In this document: positions 1 through 9,718 of the stretch, piece after piece | Layout of the letters: every line of letters begins with the position of its first letter | Position numbering within the stretch: position 1 is the stretch's first letter | DNA from: an uncultured Acidobacteriota bacterium | GTDB taxonomy: Bacteria; Acidobacteriota; Thermoanaerobaculia; Multivoradales; UBA5704 | Assembly (NCBI GenBank): GCA_963770895.1 | Contig: CAVYRF010000001.1 | Coordinates: 1,856,001 to 1,920,000, forward strand | Reading direction: 5' to 3' | Length of the DNA stretch: 64,000 nt | Made by a program: the position numbers and the translations under genes | Notes under the pieces: generated by a model | What the model saw: only the letters and a program-made list of their open reading frames with translations | What the model was told of the DNA's origin: nothing | Database searches by the model: none

Positions 1-975
1 CGACGAGCCGATCAGGAGCTGTCCAGTGGTGCGCGGCTGGACGTTGAAGGCGACCGATCCGGCCGCGGGCGTGCGGCGTTGCGAGCCGCCGGCCTCCCCG
101 GCCAATCCCGACTCGGCGCCGCCCGCCGCCCCTGCCACGGCCGCCGCGGGTGCCGCGTCGGCCGCCTCGGCCGCGGGGGCCGCCGCCCCGGCCGTGGGAG
201 CGGTCGCCGGGTCGGCCGGTGCTTGCAAGGGAGCGGCACCCGCGGTGGCGCCACCGTGGGCGCTCTTCAGATACCCGAGCTCGATCAGCTGGTGGTGACA
301 CAGGCCCGGATAGCGGTCGGTGATGACCAGGTGGCCCTTGCGCGGTGCGATCGGCAGGCCTGGCGTCAGGCGTGCCGCCGCGGCGCCGGCGGCGTTGACC
401 ACGATGCCGGTGGCGATCCGCTCGCCGCGGATTTCGACCGTGCCGCTGTCGATGCCGAACGCGGGGGTGCCCTGGCGCAGCTCGGCGCCGTGGTCGGCGG
501 CGCGCGCCAACAGGTGGCGGGCGGCGTTGGGCGGGTAGAGGACGCGATCGCCGGGCACGCGCAAGGCGCCGGCCAGTCCGCGGCGCAGGTGCGGTTCGGC
601 CGCGGCCAGCGACGCCGCGTCCAGCACCTCGGCCGCGATGCCGTGCCGGCCGTACGTTGCGGCCTTGGCGCGCAGGGGCGCCATCTCGTCTTCGGTCGCT
701 GCCAACCACAGGGTGCCGCACCGATCGTACTCGCAGTCGGCGGGCAGATCCGCGGCCATCTCCTCCCACAGGCGCAGCGACCAGGCGGTCAGGGCCAGCT
801 GCGCCGCGCTGTCGTCCATCACCACCAGGTGGCCCATGGCGGCGGCGGTGGCGCCGCCGCCGGCAAAGCCCGCTTCGAGCACCAGCACGCGCAGGCCCTC
901 GCGCGCCAGGGCGAGCGCGCAGGCGGCCCCCACGATGCCGGCGCCCACCACCACGGCGTCCGGCCGCGGCGTCAC
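1..975 (-). CDS. FAD-dependent oxidoreductase, D-amino-acid oxidase/glycine oxidase family (probable D-hydroxyproline dehydrogenase subunit); runs off the left edge
   Basis: Not in the ORF track because it has no stop in the window. Read by hand from GTG at 975, which overlaps the racemase stop (GTGA): MTPRPDAVVVGAGIVGAACALALAREGLRVLVLE (Rossmann GxGxxG), then GATAAAMGHL, HQLIELGYLKSAH and SVAFNVQPRTTGQLLIGSS. Confidence 0.85.
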   Translation of the reverse strand, partial: MTPRPDAVVVGAGIVGAACALALAREGLRVLVLEAGFAGGGATAAAMGHLVVMDDSAAQLALTAWSLRLWEEMAADLPADCEYDRCGTLWLAATEDEMAPLRAKAATYGRHGIAAEVLDAASLAAAEPHLRRGLAGALRVPGDRVLYPPNAARHLLARAADHGAELRQGTPAFGIDSGTVEIRGERIATGIVVNAAGAAAARLTPGLPIAPRKGHLVITDRYPGLCHHQLIELGYLKSAHGGATAGAAPLQAPADPATAPTAGAAAPAAEAADAAPAAAVAGAAGGAESGLAGEAGGSQRRTPAAGSVAFNVQPRTTGQLLIGSS

Positions 976-2195
976 GGTTCGGGGAAGCCCTCGCGAAAGG
1001 GGTCGTGCCGTTCGAAAATGAGCGTCGCCCGGCCGGTGATGTAGGCTCGGCCGCGGATGTGCGGCACCAGGCTGTCGCCTTCGCGGGTGAGCCAGGCGGT
1101 GAACAGGCCGCCGGCGATGCCCTCCTGCCGCCAGGGCCGCCCAAGCGCCAGCTGGCCGCGCTCGTGCAGCGCCGCCAGCATCGCCGAGGTGCCGGTGCCG
1201 CAGGGCGACCGATCGTAGGCGCCTCCCGGACAGAGCACGAAGTTGCGGCTGTCGGCGTGCGGCCCCGAGGGCGGCCCGACGATCTCGACGTGATCGATCT
1301 CGGCACCGGCTTGGCCGCGGATGCCGGCGGCGCCCAGCGCGGCGCGGATGCGGCTGGTGAAATCGGTCAGCGCGCCCAGGTGGTGCAGGCTGAAAGCCAT
1401 GCCGGCCAGGCTTTCGATGCGCACGATGAAGAACCAGTTGCCGCCGTACGCGACGTCGCCGAGGATGCGCCCCAGCCCGGGCACGTCGACGGCGACGTCG
1501 CGCGCATGGCAGCGCGCCGGCACGTTGACCACCGTGATCGCGCCAGCCATGCCGCCATCGCTGCCGGTCGGGTCCGTGCCTGAGTCGGCGGAGACTGCAT
1601 CCGCGCCGGGGGAGGCGCCGCTGGCCGCGGCGGCCCCGCCGTGGCGGCCTCGCCCCGCCTTGCCGCCAGCGGTGTCTCCGCCGCGCCGTCCACTGTCATC
1701 GCCGCCATCGCCGGCGTCACTACCATCGTAGGCGTCGCCGCTGGACCTCGCGCGCCCCGCCGGCGGCGCGGCGCGCGCGGCAGGGACCTCGGCTTCGACG
1801 GTGCCGGCAGGGGTGTCGATGCGGACGACCTGCGCGGCGGCCGCCGTGCTGTCGCGGACCTCCGGCAGGCGCCCCAGGAACGCCAGGGTGCGGACGACGC
1901 CGATCAGGCCGTGGCCGCACATGCCGAGGTAGCCGCCGTTGTCGAAGAAGACGACGCCGGCCTGCGAGCCGCGCTCGACGGGCGGCGTGAGCAGGGCGCC
2001 GACCATGGCGCCGTGGCCGCGCGGCTCGCACACCACGGCGCGCCGCAGCTCGTCGTGGCGGCGGCGCAGCTGCTCGCGGCGTTCGGCCATGGTGGCGCCC
2101 GCCACCTGGCCCCAGCCGCCGACGATGACGCGGGTGGGCTCGCCTTCGGTGTGCGAGTCGACGACGTCGACGCTGGCGGGCAGCCCCATCGTCAC
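972..2195 (-). CDS. Proline racemase family protein, probable 4-hydroxyproline 2-epimerase
   Basis: DSHTEGEPTR N-terminus and both catalytic Cys motifs (MCGH, DRSPCGTG); flanked by a FAD oxidoreductase and an aldehyde dehydrogenase. Confidence 0.9.
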   Translation of the reverse strand: MTMGLPASVDVVDSHTEGEPTRVIVGGWGQVAGATMAERREQLRRRHDELRRAVVCEPRGHGAMVGALLTPPVERGSQAGVVFFDNGGYLGMCGHGLIGVVRTLAFLGRLPEVRDSTAAAAQVVRIDTPAGTVEAEVPAARAAPPAGRARSSGDAYDGSDAGDGGDDSGRRGGDTAGGKAGRGRHGGAAAASGASPGADAVSADSGTDPTGSDGGMAGAITVVNVPARCHARDVAVDVPGLGRILGDVAYGGNWFFIVRIESLAGMAFSLHHLGALTDFTSRIRAALGAAGIRGQAGAEIDHVEIVGPPSGPHADSRNFVLCPGGAYDRSPCGTGTSAMLAALHERGQLALGRPWRQEGIAGGLFTAWLTREGDSLVPHIRGRAYITGRATLIFERHDPFREGFPEP

Positions 2196-2199
2196 GCCC

Positions 2200-3690
2200 T
2201 CACGCCTGGATCTGCACCGTCTTGATCTCGGTATAGAAGTCGCGCGCCGCCCGCCCCTGCTCGCGGCTGCCGGAGCTGGAGCCCTTGAAGCCGCCGAACG
2301 GCGCGTGCGGGTCGACGCCGGTGGTGTCGCCGTTGACGCGCACCAGGCCGGCGTCGATGCGCCGGATGTACGCCAGGACGCCCGCCAGGTCGCGCGTGAA
2401 CAGCGCGGCGCTCAGACCGTAGGAAGTCCGGTTGGCCAGCGCGATGGCGTGCTCCAGGTCGTCGGCGGCAAGGACGGCGAGCACCGGCCCGAACAGCTCG
2501 TCGCGCGCCACCGCGGCATCCGGCGCCACATCGGCCAGCACCGTCGGCGAGAAGTAGTAGCCGCGCGCCAGGCGCGGGTCGGCGGCCGCCGCGCCACCGC
2601 CACCGCCGGCGGCGGCGCCGCCGCCGACCACGATGCGCGCATCGGCAGCCGCGGCGGCCACCGCCTGCCGCACCCGCTGCAGCGCCGCCTCCTCGATCAA
2701 CGGCCCGATCGCCGCCGCCGGATCGTCCACCGGTCCCAGCGGCAGCGCTTCCACCTGCGCCCGCAGCCGCGCCAGGAAGGGCTCGGCGACCTGGTTTGCC
2801 ACCACCACCCGGCTGGTGGCGGTGCACTTCTGCCCGGCGTAGCGCATCGCGCCGCCCGCCACCAGCGCGGCGGCAAGGTCCAGGTCGGCGTCGGGCAGCA
2901 CGATCGCCACGTTCTTGCCGCCCATCTCGGTCTGGAAGCGGATGTTGCGCGCCGCCGCCAGCGCCGCGACGCGCGCGCCCACCGCGGCCGAGCCGGTGAA
3001 GCTGACCGCCGCCACGCGCGGGTCGGCCAGCAGCGGGCCGGCGGCGCCCTCGCCGTCGCCCAGCAGCACGTTGAACACCCCCGCCGGCAGCCCCGCCGCG
3101 ACGGCCGTCTCGGCGAGCAGCAGCGCCGCCCGCGGCGACCGCTCGGACGGCTTGAGCACCACGGTGTTGCCGAAAGCCAGCGCCGGCGCCGCTTTCCACA
3201 GCGGGATCGCCGCCGGGAAGTTCCACGGCGTGATCAGCGCCACGACGCCGAGCGGCTGGCGCAGAGTGAACTGCAGCGCCCCCGCCGCCTGCGCCGGGAT
3301 CACCTCGCCGATTTCGCGCACCGCCTCGCCGGCGTAGTAGCGCAGGATGGCGACGCACCGCGCCGCCTCGCCGCGCGCTTCGGCGATCGGCTTGCCGACC
3401 TCGCGCGTCATCGCCTGTGCCAGCTCTTCGTGGCGGGCGCGCACGGCTTCGGCCCAGCGATACAGGTGCTCGGCGCGCGCCGGTCCGCTGACGCCGCGCC
3501 ACGCGCCCAGGGCATCCGCCGCCGCCGCCACCGCCGCCGCCGCCTGGGCGGCGGAACCGCGCGGCACCTCGCCCAGGATGTCGTCGGGCTCGGAGGGATT
3601 GCGGTCCAGCAGCGCCGGCCCATCGTCCGGCGCCGCAAAGGCGCCGCCGATGAAGCTGGCGAACCGTACCGGCCGGGCGCCCGAGGTCAT
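2200..3690 (-). CDS. NAD(P)-dependent aldehyde dehydrogenase (probable alpha-ketoglutarate semialdehyde dehydrogenase)
   Basis: ITPWNFP, KPSE, FTGS, EMGGKN, GQKCTA, ELFGP and PFGGFKGS motifs; substrate inferred from operon context. Confidence 0.9.
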   Translation of the reverse strand: MTSGARPVRFASFIGGAFAAPDDGPALLDRNPSEPDDILGEVPRGSAAQAAAAVAAAADALGAWRGVSGPARAEHLYRWAEAVRARHEELAQAMTREVGKPIAEARGEAARCVAILRYYAGEAVREIGEVIPAQAAGALQFTLRQPLGVVALITPWNFPAAIPLWKAAPALAFGNTVVLKPSERSPRAALLLAETAVAAGLPAGVFNVLLGDGEGAAGPLLADPRVAAVSFTGSAAVGARVAALAAARNIRFQTEMGGKNVAIVLPDADLDLAAALVAGGAMRYAGQKCTATSRVVVANQVAEPFLARLRAQVEALPLGPVDDPAAAIGPLIEEAALQRVRQAVAAAAADARIVVGGGAAAGGGGGAAAADPRLARGYYFSPTVLADVAPDAAVARDELFGPVLAVLAADDLEHAIALANRTSYGLSAALFTRDLAGVLAYIRRIDAGLVRVNGDTTGVDPHAPFGGFKGSSSGSREQGRAARDFYTEIKTVQIQA

Positions 3691-5774
3691 GGGCGCACCG
3701 CCCCCGTCGCCGCCGTCGCTCCCGCGCCTCCCGGTGCCGGCGTTGCGCCCACCGCCCCCGTCGCCCCCGAGCCCCCGGCCCCGCGTGCCCCCGCCGCCGC
3801 CGGTGCCGGCCCCGTTGCGGGCGCCGCGGGCGCCGCCTGCACCGCGGCGATGTAGGCGCGCACCTGGCGCTCCAGCAGCGGCAGGGTCACCGTGCCGTTG
3901 TGCAGCACCGCGTCGTGGAAGTCGCGCACGTCGAAGCGGTCGCCCAGCGCCGCTTCCGCCTCGTGGCGCAGCTCCTTGATCTTGAGCTCGCCCAGCTTGT
4001 ACGCCAGCGCCTGGCCCGGCCAGGAGATGTAGCGGTCCACCTCGGTTTCGATCTCGTGGTGCGACAGCGCGGTGTTGGCGGCCAGGAATTCAATGGCGCG
4101 CTCGCGGCTCCAACCCATGGCGTGGATGCCGGTGTCCACCACCAGCCGGCAGGCGCGCCACATCTCGTAGCTCAGGCGGCCGAAGTTGCTGTACGGGTCC
4201 TGGTAGAAGCCGGCTTCCAGGCCCAGCCACTCCGAATACAGCCCCCAGCCTTCGCCGAACGCGTCCACGTAGACGAAGCGCCGAAAATCGGGCAGGTCGC
4301 GCAGCTCCTGCTGCAGCGCCATCTGCAGGTGGTGGCCGGGCACCGCCTCGTGGAACGTCAGCGCCTCCAGGTTGTACAGCGGCCGGGTGTCCAGGGCATA
4401 GGTGTTGACCCAATAGGTGCCGGCGCGCCGGCCGTCCGCGGGCGCCGGGTCGTAGCGCCCGCCGGTGTACTTGGGGGCGATGTCCGCCGGCACCGGCGCG
4501 ATGCCGTAGGGCTGGCGCGGCAGCCGCTTGAACAGCGACGGGAGCTTGCCGTCCATGCGCTTGGCGATCAGCGCCGCGCGCTCCAGCAGCTCCTCGGCGG
4601 TGCGCGGATAGAAACGCGGGTCGGTGCGCAGGAACTCGAAGAACTGCGGCAGCGTGCGGTCGAAGCCGATCTGGCGCAGCACCGTCAGCATCTCGCCGTG
4701 GATGCGCTCCACCTCGCGCTCGCCCAGCGCGTGCACCGCCTCGGGCGTTAGGTCGAGCGTGGTGAAGTGGCGGACCAGGTAGGCGTACAGCTCGCGCCCG
4801 TTGGGCAGGTCGGCGGCGCTCACCGTGGCGCGCGCATGCGGCACGTATTCGTCGCGCATGAAGGCCAGGAACGTCCGGTATGCCGGCACCACCGCGTCGC
4901 GGATCGCGGCCTGCCCGTCCTGCCGCAACCGTACCCGCTCGCGCTCGGGCACGGCGTCGGGGAAATGCTCGAAGGGGTGCCAGAAGACGCTGGCCGACGG
5001 GTCTTCGACGACGTGCAGGGCGATCGCGTCGGTGTAGCCCTTGAGCACCACCCGCGGCAGCGTGTAGCCCGCGGCGATGCCGGCGCGCAGCAGCGCCGTC
5101 TGCTCGCCGGCGTAGACCGGAAAAGCGCGCAGCCGCGCGATGAAGTTGTCGTAGTCCTTGACCGTCGCAAACGGCATGTCGTCGGGCAGCCGCGCGAAAT
5201 CCGTATGGAAGCCGCCTTCCGCCGTGATCATCTGCAAATACGTCTTGAAGCCGTATTCGCTGATCTGATCGCTCAGCTGGCGCTCATACAGCTCGCAGCT
5301 CACCAGGTCCGCCTCGCCCAGCCGCGAGCGGTCGATCGCCCGCAGCTCCGTCAGCACCTGCCGCGCATGCTCGTCGCGTCGCGCCAGGTCCGCCGGCGCC
5401 ATCGCCGGCAGCCGGTCGTTGTACCGGTTGTCGCCGACCGCCGTCGCCCCCAGCGGGTCGTCCAGCAAACCGGCCTGCCACTCCCGCGCCAGCAGCGCTC
5501 GCAGCGCCGCCGCGGCGGCAGGATCGGCCGCACCTGCCGCCGGAGCCGCCATCTTCATGTCCTGTGGCGGCGCGGGCGACGCTGCCGGCGGGGCCGAAGA
5601 TGGGGTGGAGGAGACGGCGGTGGCCGAAGACGCAGGGGTGGAGGAGACGGCAGTTGCCGAAGAAGGTGAAGTCGCGGTGGCTGACACGGCGGCGGCCCGC
5701 AGCGGCGCGCCACCGGCCAGGCTCCACGCCGCCCCAAGGGCGCCCAGGATGCAGACCGAACGGATGATTTTCAT
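3687..5774 (-). CDS. Secreted DUF885 family protein (metallopeptidase-like)
   Basis: Signal peptide; HEAVPGHHLQ, EGWGLYSE, WRACRLVVDTGIH and EVDRYISWPGQALAYKLG are typical DUF885 motifs; stop overlaps the ALDH start (ATGA). Confidence 0.88.
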   Translation of the reverse strand: MKIIRSVCILGALGAAWSLAGGAPLRAAAVSATATSPSSATAVSSTPASSATAVSSTPSSAPPAASPAPPQDMKMAAPAAGAADPAAAAALRALLAREWQAGLLDDPLGATAVGDNRYNDRLPAMAPADLARRDEHARQVLTELRAIDRSRLGEADLVSCELYERQLSDQISEYGFKTYLQMITAEGGFHTDFARLPDDMPFATVKDYDNFIARLRAFPVYAGEQTALLRAGIAAGYTLPRVVLKGYTDAIALHVVEDPSASVFWHPFEHFPDAVPERERVRLRQDGQAAIRDAVVPAYRTFLAFMRDEYVPHARATVSAADLPNGRELYAYLVRHFTTLDLTPEAVHALGEREVERIHGEMLTVLRQIGFDRTLPQFFEFLRTDPRFYPRTAEELLERAALIAKRMDGKLPSLFKRLPRQPYGIAPVPADIAPKYTGGRYDPAPADGRRAGTYWVNTYALDTRPLYNLEALTFHEAVPGHHLQMALQQELRDLPDFRRFVYVDAFGEGWGLYSEWLGLEAGFYQDPYSNFGRLSYEMWRACRLVVDTGIHAMGWSRERAIEFLAANTALSHHEIETEVDRYISWPGQALAYKLGELKIKELRHEAEAALGDRFDVRDFHDAVLHNGTVTLPLLERQVRAYIAAVQAAPAAPATGPAPAAAGARGAGGSGATGAVGATPAPGGAGATAATGAVRP

Positions 5775-5903
5775 GGCTGAGTCGCGAGGATAGCACCGGC
5801 CGAGCCGCCGCCGTCAATGCGCGCCGCAACCGCGGCGGGTGCGGCGCCCGGCGGCGGCCGGGCGCTATGATACGGAGGCTCGCTTGAGGAGGGAGGTCGC
5901 ACG

Positions 5904-8864
5904 ATGATCCAGTTCGGTGCAGCAGGGCGCTTGCCGGCGGCGCGTTGCCGGCGCGCGGCGTTGCCCGCGGTGGCCTTGGTGGCGCTCTTTGCCTGTGTCC
6001 AGACGGTGGTCGGCCTGGCGGCCGGCGGCGGGGCGGCGGTGGCCGCGACGCATGCGCCTGGATTGCAGGCGCAGGCGCAGGTGGTGCGCGATGGCAACGG
6101 CGTGCCGCACATCTACACCCAGAACGATCACGACACCGCGTACATGCTGGGTTGGGTGCACGCCCAGGACCGCTTCTTCCAGATGGACATGCTGCGGCGG
6201 ACCTTCAGCGGCACGCTGGCGGAGCTGGTGGGGCAGGGGGGGCTGGCGAGCGACGTGCAGCTGCGCACCCTGGGCCTGCGGCGCGCGGCGGAGGAGTCGC
6301 TGCCGAAGTACCCCGCGACCACGGTCGCCTGGTTGCAGGCGTATGCCGACGGTGTCAACGCCTACGTGGCGGCCAATGCGCTGCCGCCCGAATACGGCGC
6401 CCTGGCGCTCTCCAAGGTGAGCGTGCCGGCGTGGACGACGCTCGACTGCCTGGTGGTGGCCAAGGGGCTGGCCTTCCAACTGTCGTTCGACCTGAGCGAC
6501 ATCGACAACACCATCGCCCTGGGCGCCTTCGAGCAGGCGGCGGCCGCGACCGGCGCGCCGGCGTTCGATCCGGTGGACCTCTATTTTGACGACGTCTACC
6601 GCGAGGCGCCGTTCGATCCGACGATCTCGATTCCTGGCTGGCTCGCGGCGCACACGCAGGCGCCGCCCCCCGGGCTGGGCGGCGCGGCCGCCGCTCCCGC
6701 CCCCGCCGCGGCGCCGGTGATCGATCCGGCGGCGGTGGCGCTGGCCAAGCGCTTCCGCGCCCAGGCCCAACAGGTGCCGGTGCTCAAGGAGGCGTTCGCC
6801 CACAGCCGCGCGTTCACCGGCAGCAACTGGTGGGTGGTCGGCGGGGCGCTGTCGCAGAGCGGCCATCCGCTGCTGGCCAACGATCCCCACCTGTCGCTCA
6901 GCACGCCGCCGGTGTTCTACGAGGTCCACCTGCTGGCCTACGAGGGCGGCGACGGCAACGACATCAACGTCACCGGCGTCAGCTTTCCCGGCACGCCCGC
7001 GGTGGTCCTGGGCTGCAACCTTCACATCTGCTGGGGAGCCACCACCAACCCGATGGACGTGACCGACATCTACCTGGAGCAGCTGGTCGTCGATCCGTCG
7101 ACCGGCGCGCCGGTCGCCACCACGTTCGACAACGCCCCCGAACCGCTGGTGGTGATCCCGCAGGTGTTCCGCTTCAACGCCTCGACGGCGGCCCACCCTG
7201 ACACCGAGGTGGCCGCTCCGATCGGCCCCGCCGCCGGCGGCGTCACCCTGGTGGTGCCGCGGCGCAACAACGGTCCCATCGTCTCGATCGATACCTCGAA
7301 CCCGGCGGCGGTGACGGCACTCAGCGTGCAGTACACCGGCTGGCGCGACACGCGCGAGATCGACAGCCTGCTGATCTGGCAGCGCGCCCGCAATGTGAAC
7401 GATTTCAAGCGCGGCCTGGAATACTTCCACTTCGGCTCGCAAAACTGGAGCTATGCCGACGTGGCAGGCAACGTCGCCTACTTCACCAGCGGCGCGCAGC
7501 CGCTGCGCGAAGATCTGCAGAACCTGCAGCGCCCCGACGGTTCGCCGCCGATCTTCATCCGCGACGGCACCCACCACTACAAGAACGAGTGGCTGCCGCG
7601 CACCACCACCCAGCCCGGCCAGCAGCTCGACTACCAGATCCTGCCCGTTGCCGAGATGCCGCAGGTGATCAATCCGGCGCAAGGCTACGTGCTGACCGCC
7701 AACAACGATCCCATCGGCTCGACCCTCGACAACAACATCTTTGACAAGCTGCGCCTGGGCGGCGGCATCTATTACTTCGGCCTGGGCTACAGCAGCCTGC
7801 GCTCGGGCCAGATCAGCAAGCAGCTGCAGGCCGGTTTTACAACCAAGGGAAAGCTGGGCGCGGCCGACCTGATGACCATCCAACACAACAATCAGCTGCT
7901 CGATGCCGAATTCTTCGTCCCCTACATCCAGACCGCGCTGACCAACGCCAGCCGGCCGGGGGCGCCGGCGGCGCTCGCCACCCTGGCCGCCGACCCGCAG
8001 GTGCTCGAAGCCGTGCAGACCTACCTGGCGCCGTGGGACTTTTCGACGCCGACCGGCATCCTGGGCGGCTACGATCCGGGCGACAATCCGGCGGACCTGC
8101 CGTTCCCGACCAGGGCGCAGGTGAACCACAGCGTCGCGACCACCCTGTACACCCTGTGGCGCAGCCAGTTCGTCCAGGTAGTGATCGATTCCACCCTGAA
8201 CGGCATCGGCCTGGCCGCCTACGTGCCCGACGACGACCACGCGCTGCGCGCCCTCAAGCAGCTGCTGGTCAACTACCCATCGGCGCACGGCTCGGGCGCT
8301 TCGGGCCTCTATTTCTTCGGCGCCGCCGGCAGCGCCGCGTCGACACCCGAGGATGCGCGCGACCTGCTCCTGCTGCAAAGCGTGCGCGCCGCGATCGATC
8401 AGCTGGCGTCGAGCACCTTCGCCGCCGCCTTTCCCGATCCCACCCACCTGTCCACCCTGCGCTGGGGCAAGCTCCACCGCATCGTCTTCAGCAGCCTGCT
8501 GGGTGGCCCCTTCGACATCCCCGGCTCCGGCGACTTCAGCGACCTGGCCCCCGATCTGCCGGGCATCTCGCGCCCCGGCGGCTATGAGACGATCGACGCC
8601 GCCAGCTTCGGCGTCCGCATCACCGGCCTCAACGACGCCATGTTCGGCTCCGGCCCCGCCCGCCGCTTCGTCGGCGAGATGATCCCCAACGCCATCGCCG
8701 CCTACGAGATCGTCCCCGGCGGCGAAAGCGGCGTCGTCGGCAGCCCCGACCGCGCCAACCAGCTGGGTCGCTGGCTGACCGACGCCTATCACCCCCTGCT
8801 CATCACCCCGCAGCAGGTCCACGACAACGCCGTCACCACCACCACCTACCTCCCCGCGCCCTGA
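5904..8864 (+). CDS. Penicillin acylase family Ntn-hydrolase (S45), secreted
   Basis: Signal peptide; RDGNGVPHIY, HAQDRFFQMD, GSNWW (autocleavage Ser), LANDPHL, TANN, PGGESG; GAGG/GGAGG ribosome-binding site upstream. Confidence 0.92.
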   Translation: MIQFGAAGRLPAARCRRAALPAVALVALFACVQTVVGLAAGGGAAVAATHAPGLQAQAQVVRDGNGVPHIYTQNDHDTAYMLGWVHAQDRFFQMDMLRRTFSGTLAELVGQGGLASDVQLRTLGLRRAAEESLPKYPATTVAWLQAYADGVNAYVAANALPPEYGALALSKVSVPAWTTLDCLVVAKGLAFQLSFDLSDIDNTIALGAFEQAAAATGAPAFDPVDLYFDDVYREAPFDPTISIPGWLAAHTQAPPPGLGGAAAAPAPAAAPVIDPAAVALAKRFRAQAQQVPVLKEAFAHSRAFTGSNWWVVGGALSQSGHPLLANDPHLSLSTPPVFYEVHLLAYEGGDGNDINVTGVSFPGTPAVVLGCNLHICWGATTNPMDVTDIYLEQLVVDPSTGAPVATTFDNAPEPLVVIPQVFRFNASTAAHPDTEVAAPIGPAAGGVTLVVPRRNNGPIVSIDTSNPAAVTALSVQYTGWRDTREIDSLLIWQRARNVNDFKRGLEYFHFGSQNWSYADVAGNVAYFTSGAQPLREDLQNLQRPDGSPPIFIRDGTHHYKNEWLPRTTTQPGQQLDYQILPVAEMPQVINPAQGYVLTANNDPIGSTLDNNIFDKLRLGGGIYYFGLGYSSLRSGQISKQLQAGFTTKGKLGAADLMTIQHNNQLLDAEFFVPYIQTALTNASRPGAPAALATLAADPQVLEAVQTYLAPWDFSTPTGILGGYDPGDNPADLPFPTRAQVNHSVATTLYTLWRSQFVQVVIDSTLNGIGLAAYVPDDDHALRALKQLLVNYPSAHGSGASGLYFFGAAGSAASTPEDARDLLLLQSVRAAIDQLASSTFAAAFPDPTHLSTLRWGKLHRIVFSSLLGGPFDIPGSGDFSDLAPDLPGISRPGGYETIDAASFGVRITGLNDAMFGSGPARRFVGEMIPNAIAAYEIVPGGESGVVGSPDRANQLGRWLTDAYHPLLITPQQVHDNAVTTTTYLPAP

Positions 8865-8944
8865 CCGGCCTGGACCGGCCGGTGCCCTTTCCGGGCCCGG
8901 CCGGCTCGCCTCGACCCCCACGCACCTACGCCACCCCTCCATCT

Positions 8945-8971
8945 CCCTCGGCAGCCTGCGGCTGCCGAGGG
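8945..8971. terminator. Perfect 12-bp hairpin between convergent genes (possible bidirectional terminator or RNA stabiliser)
   Basis: CCCTCGGCAGCC-TGC-GGCTGCCGAGGG; no clear U-tract. Confidence 0.5.
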
Positions 8972-8983
8972 GTGCGGCAATCG

Positions 8984-9445
8984 TCAGCCCCTGCCGGTCC
9001 GTGGCTCTGCCAATGCCGCGAGATCGAGGTGGTCCTGCGGCCGTCCGGCCGCGGTCTTGTTGCGGATAAGCTCGTTCTTGCCGAGGTAGAACACCTCGGC
9101 CGTGCCGTAGCGTCCGGCCACCCGCCCTTGCCAGGCCGCGGCAAAATCCACGCCGTCGATCGAGGTCATGAGATCGACGCGGTTGGGTGGATAGCCGAGC
9201 TGGACGACCCGGCCGGGCGAGCTGAAGTCTTCAACCGTGAGGCCGACGCTGCCGAAACCAAAGTCTGCCAGGGCAGCGAGCAGCCGGGTGGCGTTTTGCG
9301 GAGTTGGCTCGACGAAGAGGTCGAGGTCTTTGGTGAAGCGGGGACGGGCGTGAAAGGCGACGGCGTAGGCGCCGGCTACCAGGACCTTAACGCGATGGGC
9401 GTTCAAGGATGCGAACAGTTCTTCGAAGTCCTTGGATAGGTTCAC
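8984..9445 (-). CDS. Nucleotidyltransferase-fold protein (DUF6036/AbiEii-like)
   Basis: VAGAYAVAFHARPRFTKDLDLFV (GGxA...RxTxDxD-type motif) and C-terminal K...GRPQDHLD. Confidence 0.75.
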   Translation of the reverse strand: MNLSKDFEELFASLNAHRVKVLVAGAYAVAFHARPRFTKDLDLFVEPTPQNATRLLAALADFGFGSVGLTVEDFSSPGRVVQLGYPPNRVDLMTSIDGVDFAAAWQGRVAGRYGTAEVFYLGKNELIRNKTAAGRPQDHLDLAALAEPRTGRG

Positions 9446-9581
9446 CGGTCACCTTCCACGCTTCGTGCCGCAGTTGTTCGAGCGCTTCGACCCGCTGGTC
9501 GCCGGTCATCGACGCCCAGAACTCCCGGTCGGCCTGTGCATCCTCGGCAAACGAGTTGCACTTGCGTACCCAGAGGTCCAT
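9387..9581 (-). CDS. Small (64 aa) helical protein upstream of and overlapping the nucleotidyltransferase; candidate antitoxin
   Basis: MDLWVRKCNSFAEDAQADREFWASMTGDQRVEALEQLR; extended -10 (TGA-TACGAT) 6 nt before the ATG. Confidence 0.65.
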   Translation of the reverse strand: MDLWVRKCNSFAEDAQADREFWASMTGDQRVEALEQLRHEAWKVTGEPIQGLRRTVRILERPSR

Positions 9582-9718
9582 GGCGCGATCGTATCACCGA
9601 CCCCGGTTCCGGCTGGAAGGCGTCAGTGCCAGCCACGCTTGCCAGGTTGCCGGCGGGTTTGGTGAGGGTGCGGAGGGCGCCGGATGGGCAGCCGGCTTGC
9701 AGGGCGCCGAGGTCGCGG

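Noticed and set aside
5602-5651. Direct repeat GGGGTGGAGGAGACGGC in the DUF885 gene
   Set aside because: Short in-frame duplication in a Ser/Ala/Thr linker; part of the general low-complexity expansion.
5865-8942. 1025-aa minus-strand ORF and similar long antisense ORFs (e.g. 47849..51547, 15280..17445)
   Set aside because: Stop-poor shadow frames expected at very high GC; no motifs, and the opposite strand carries clear genes.
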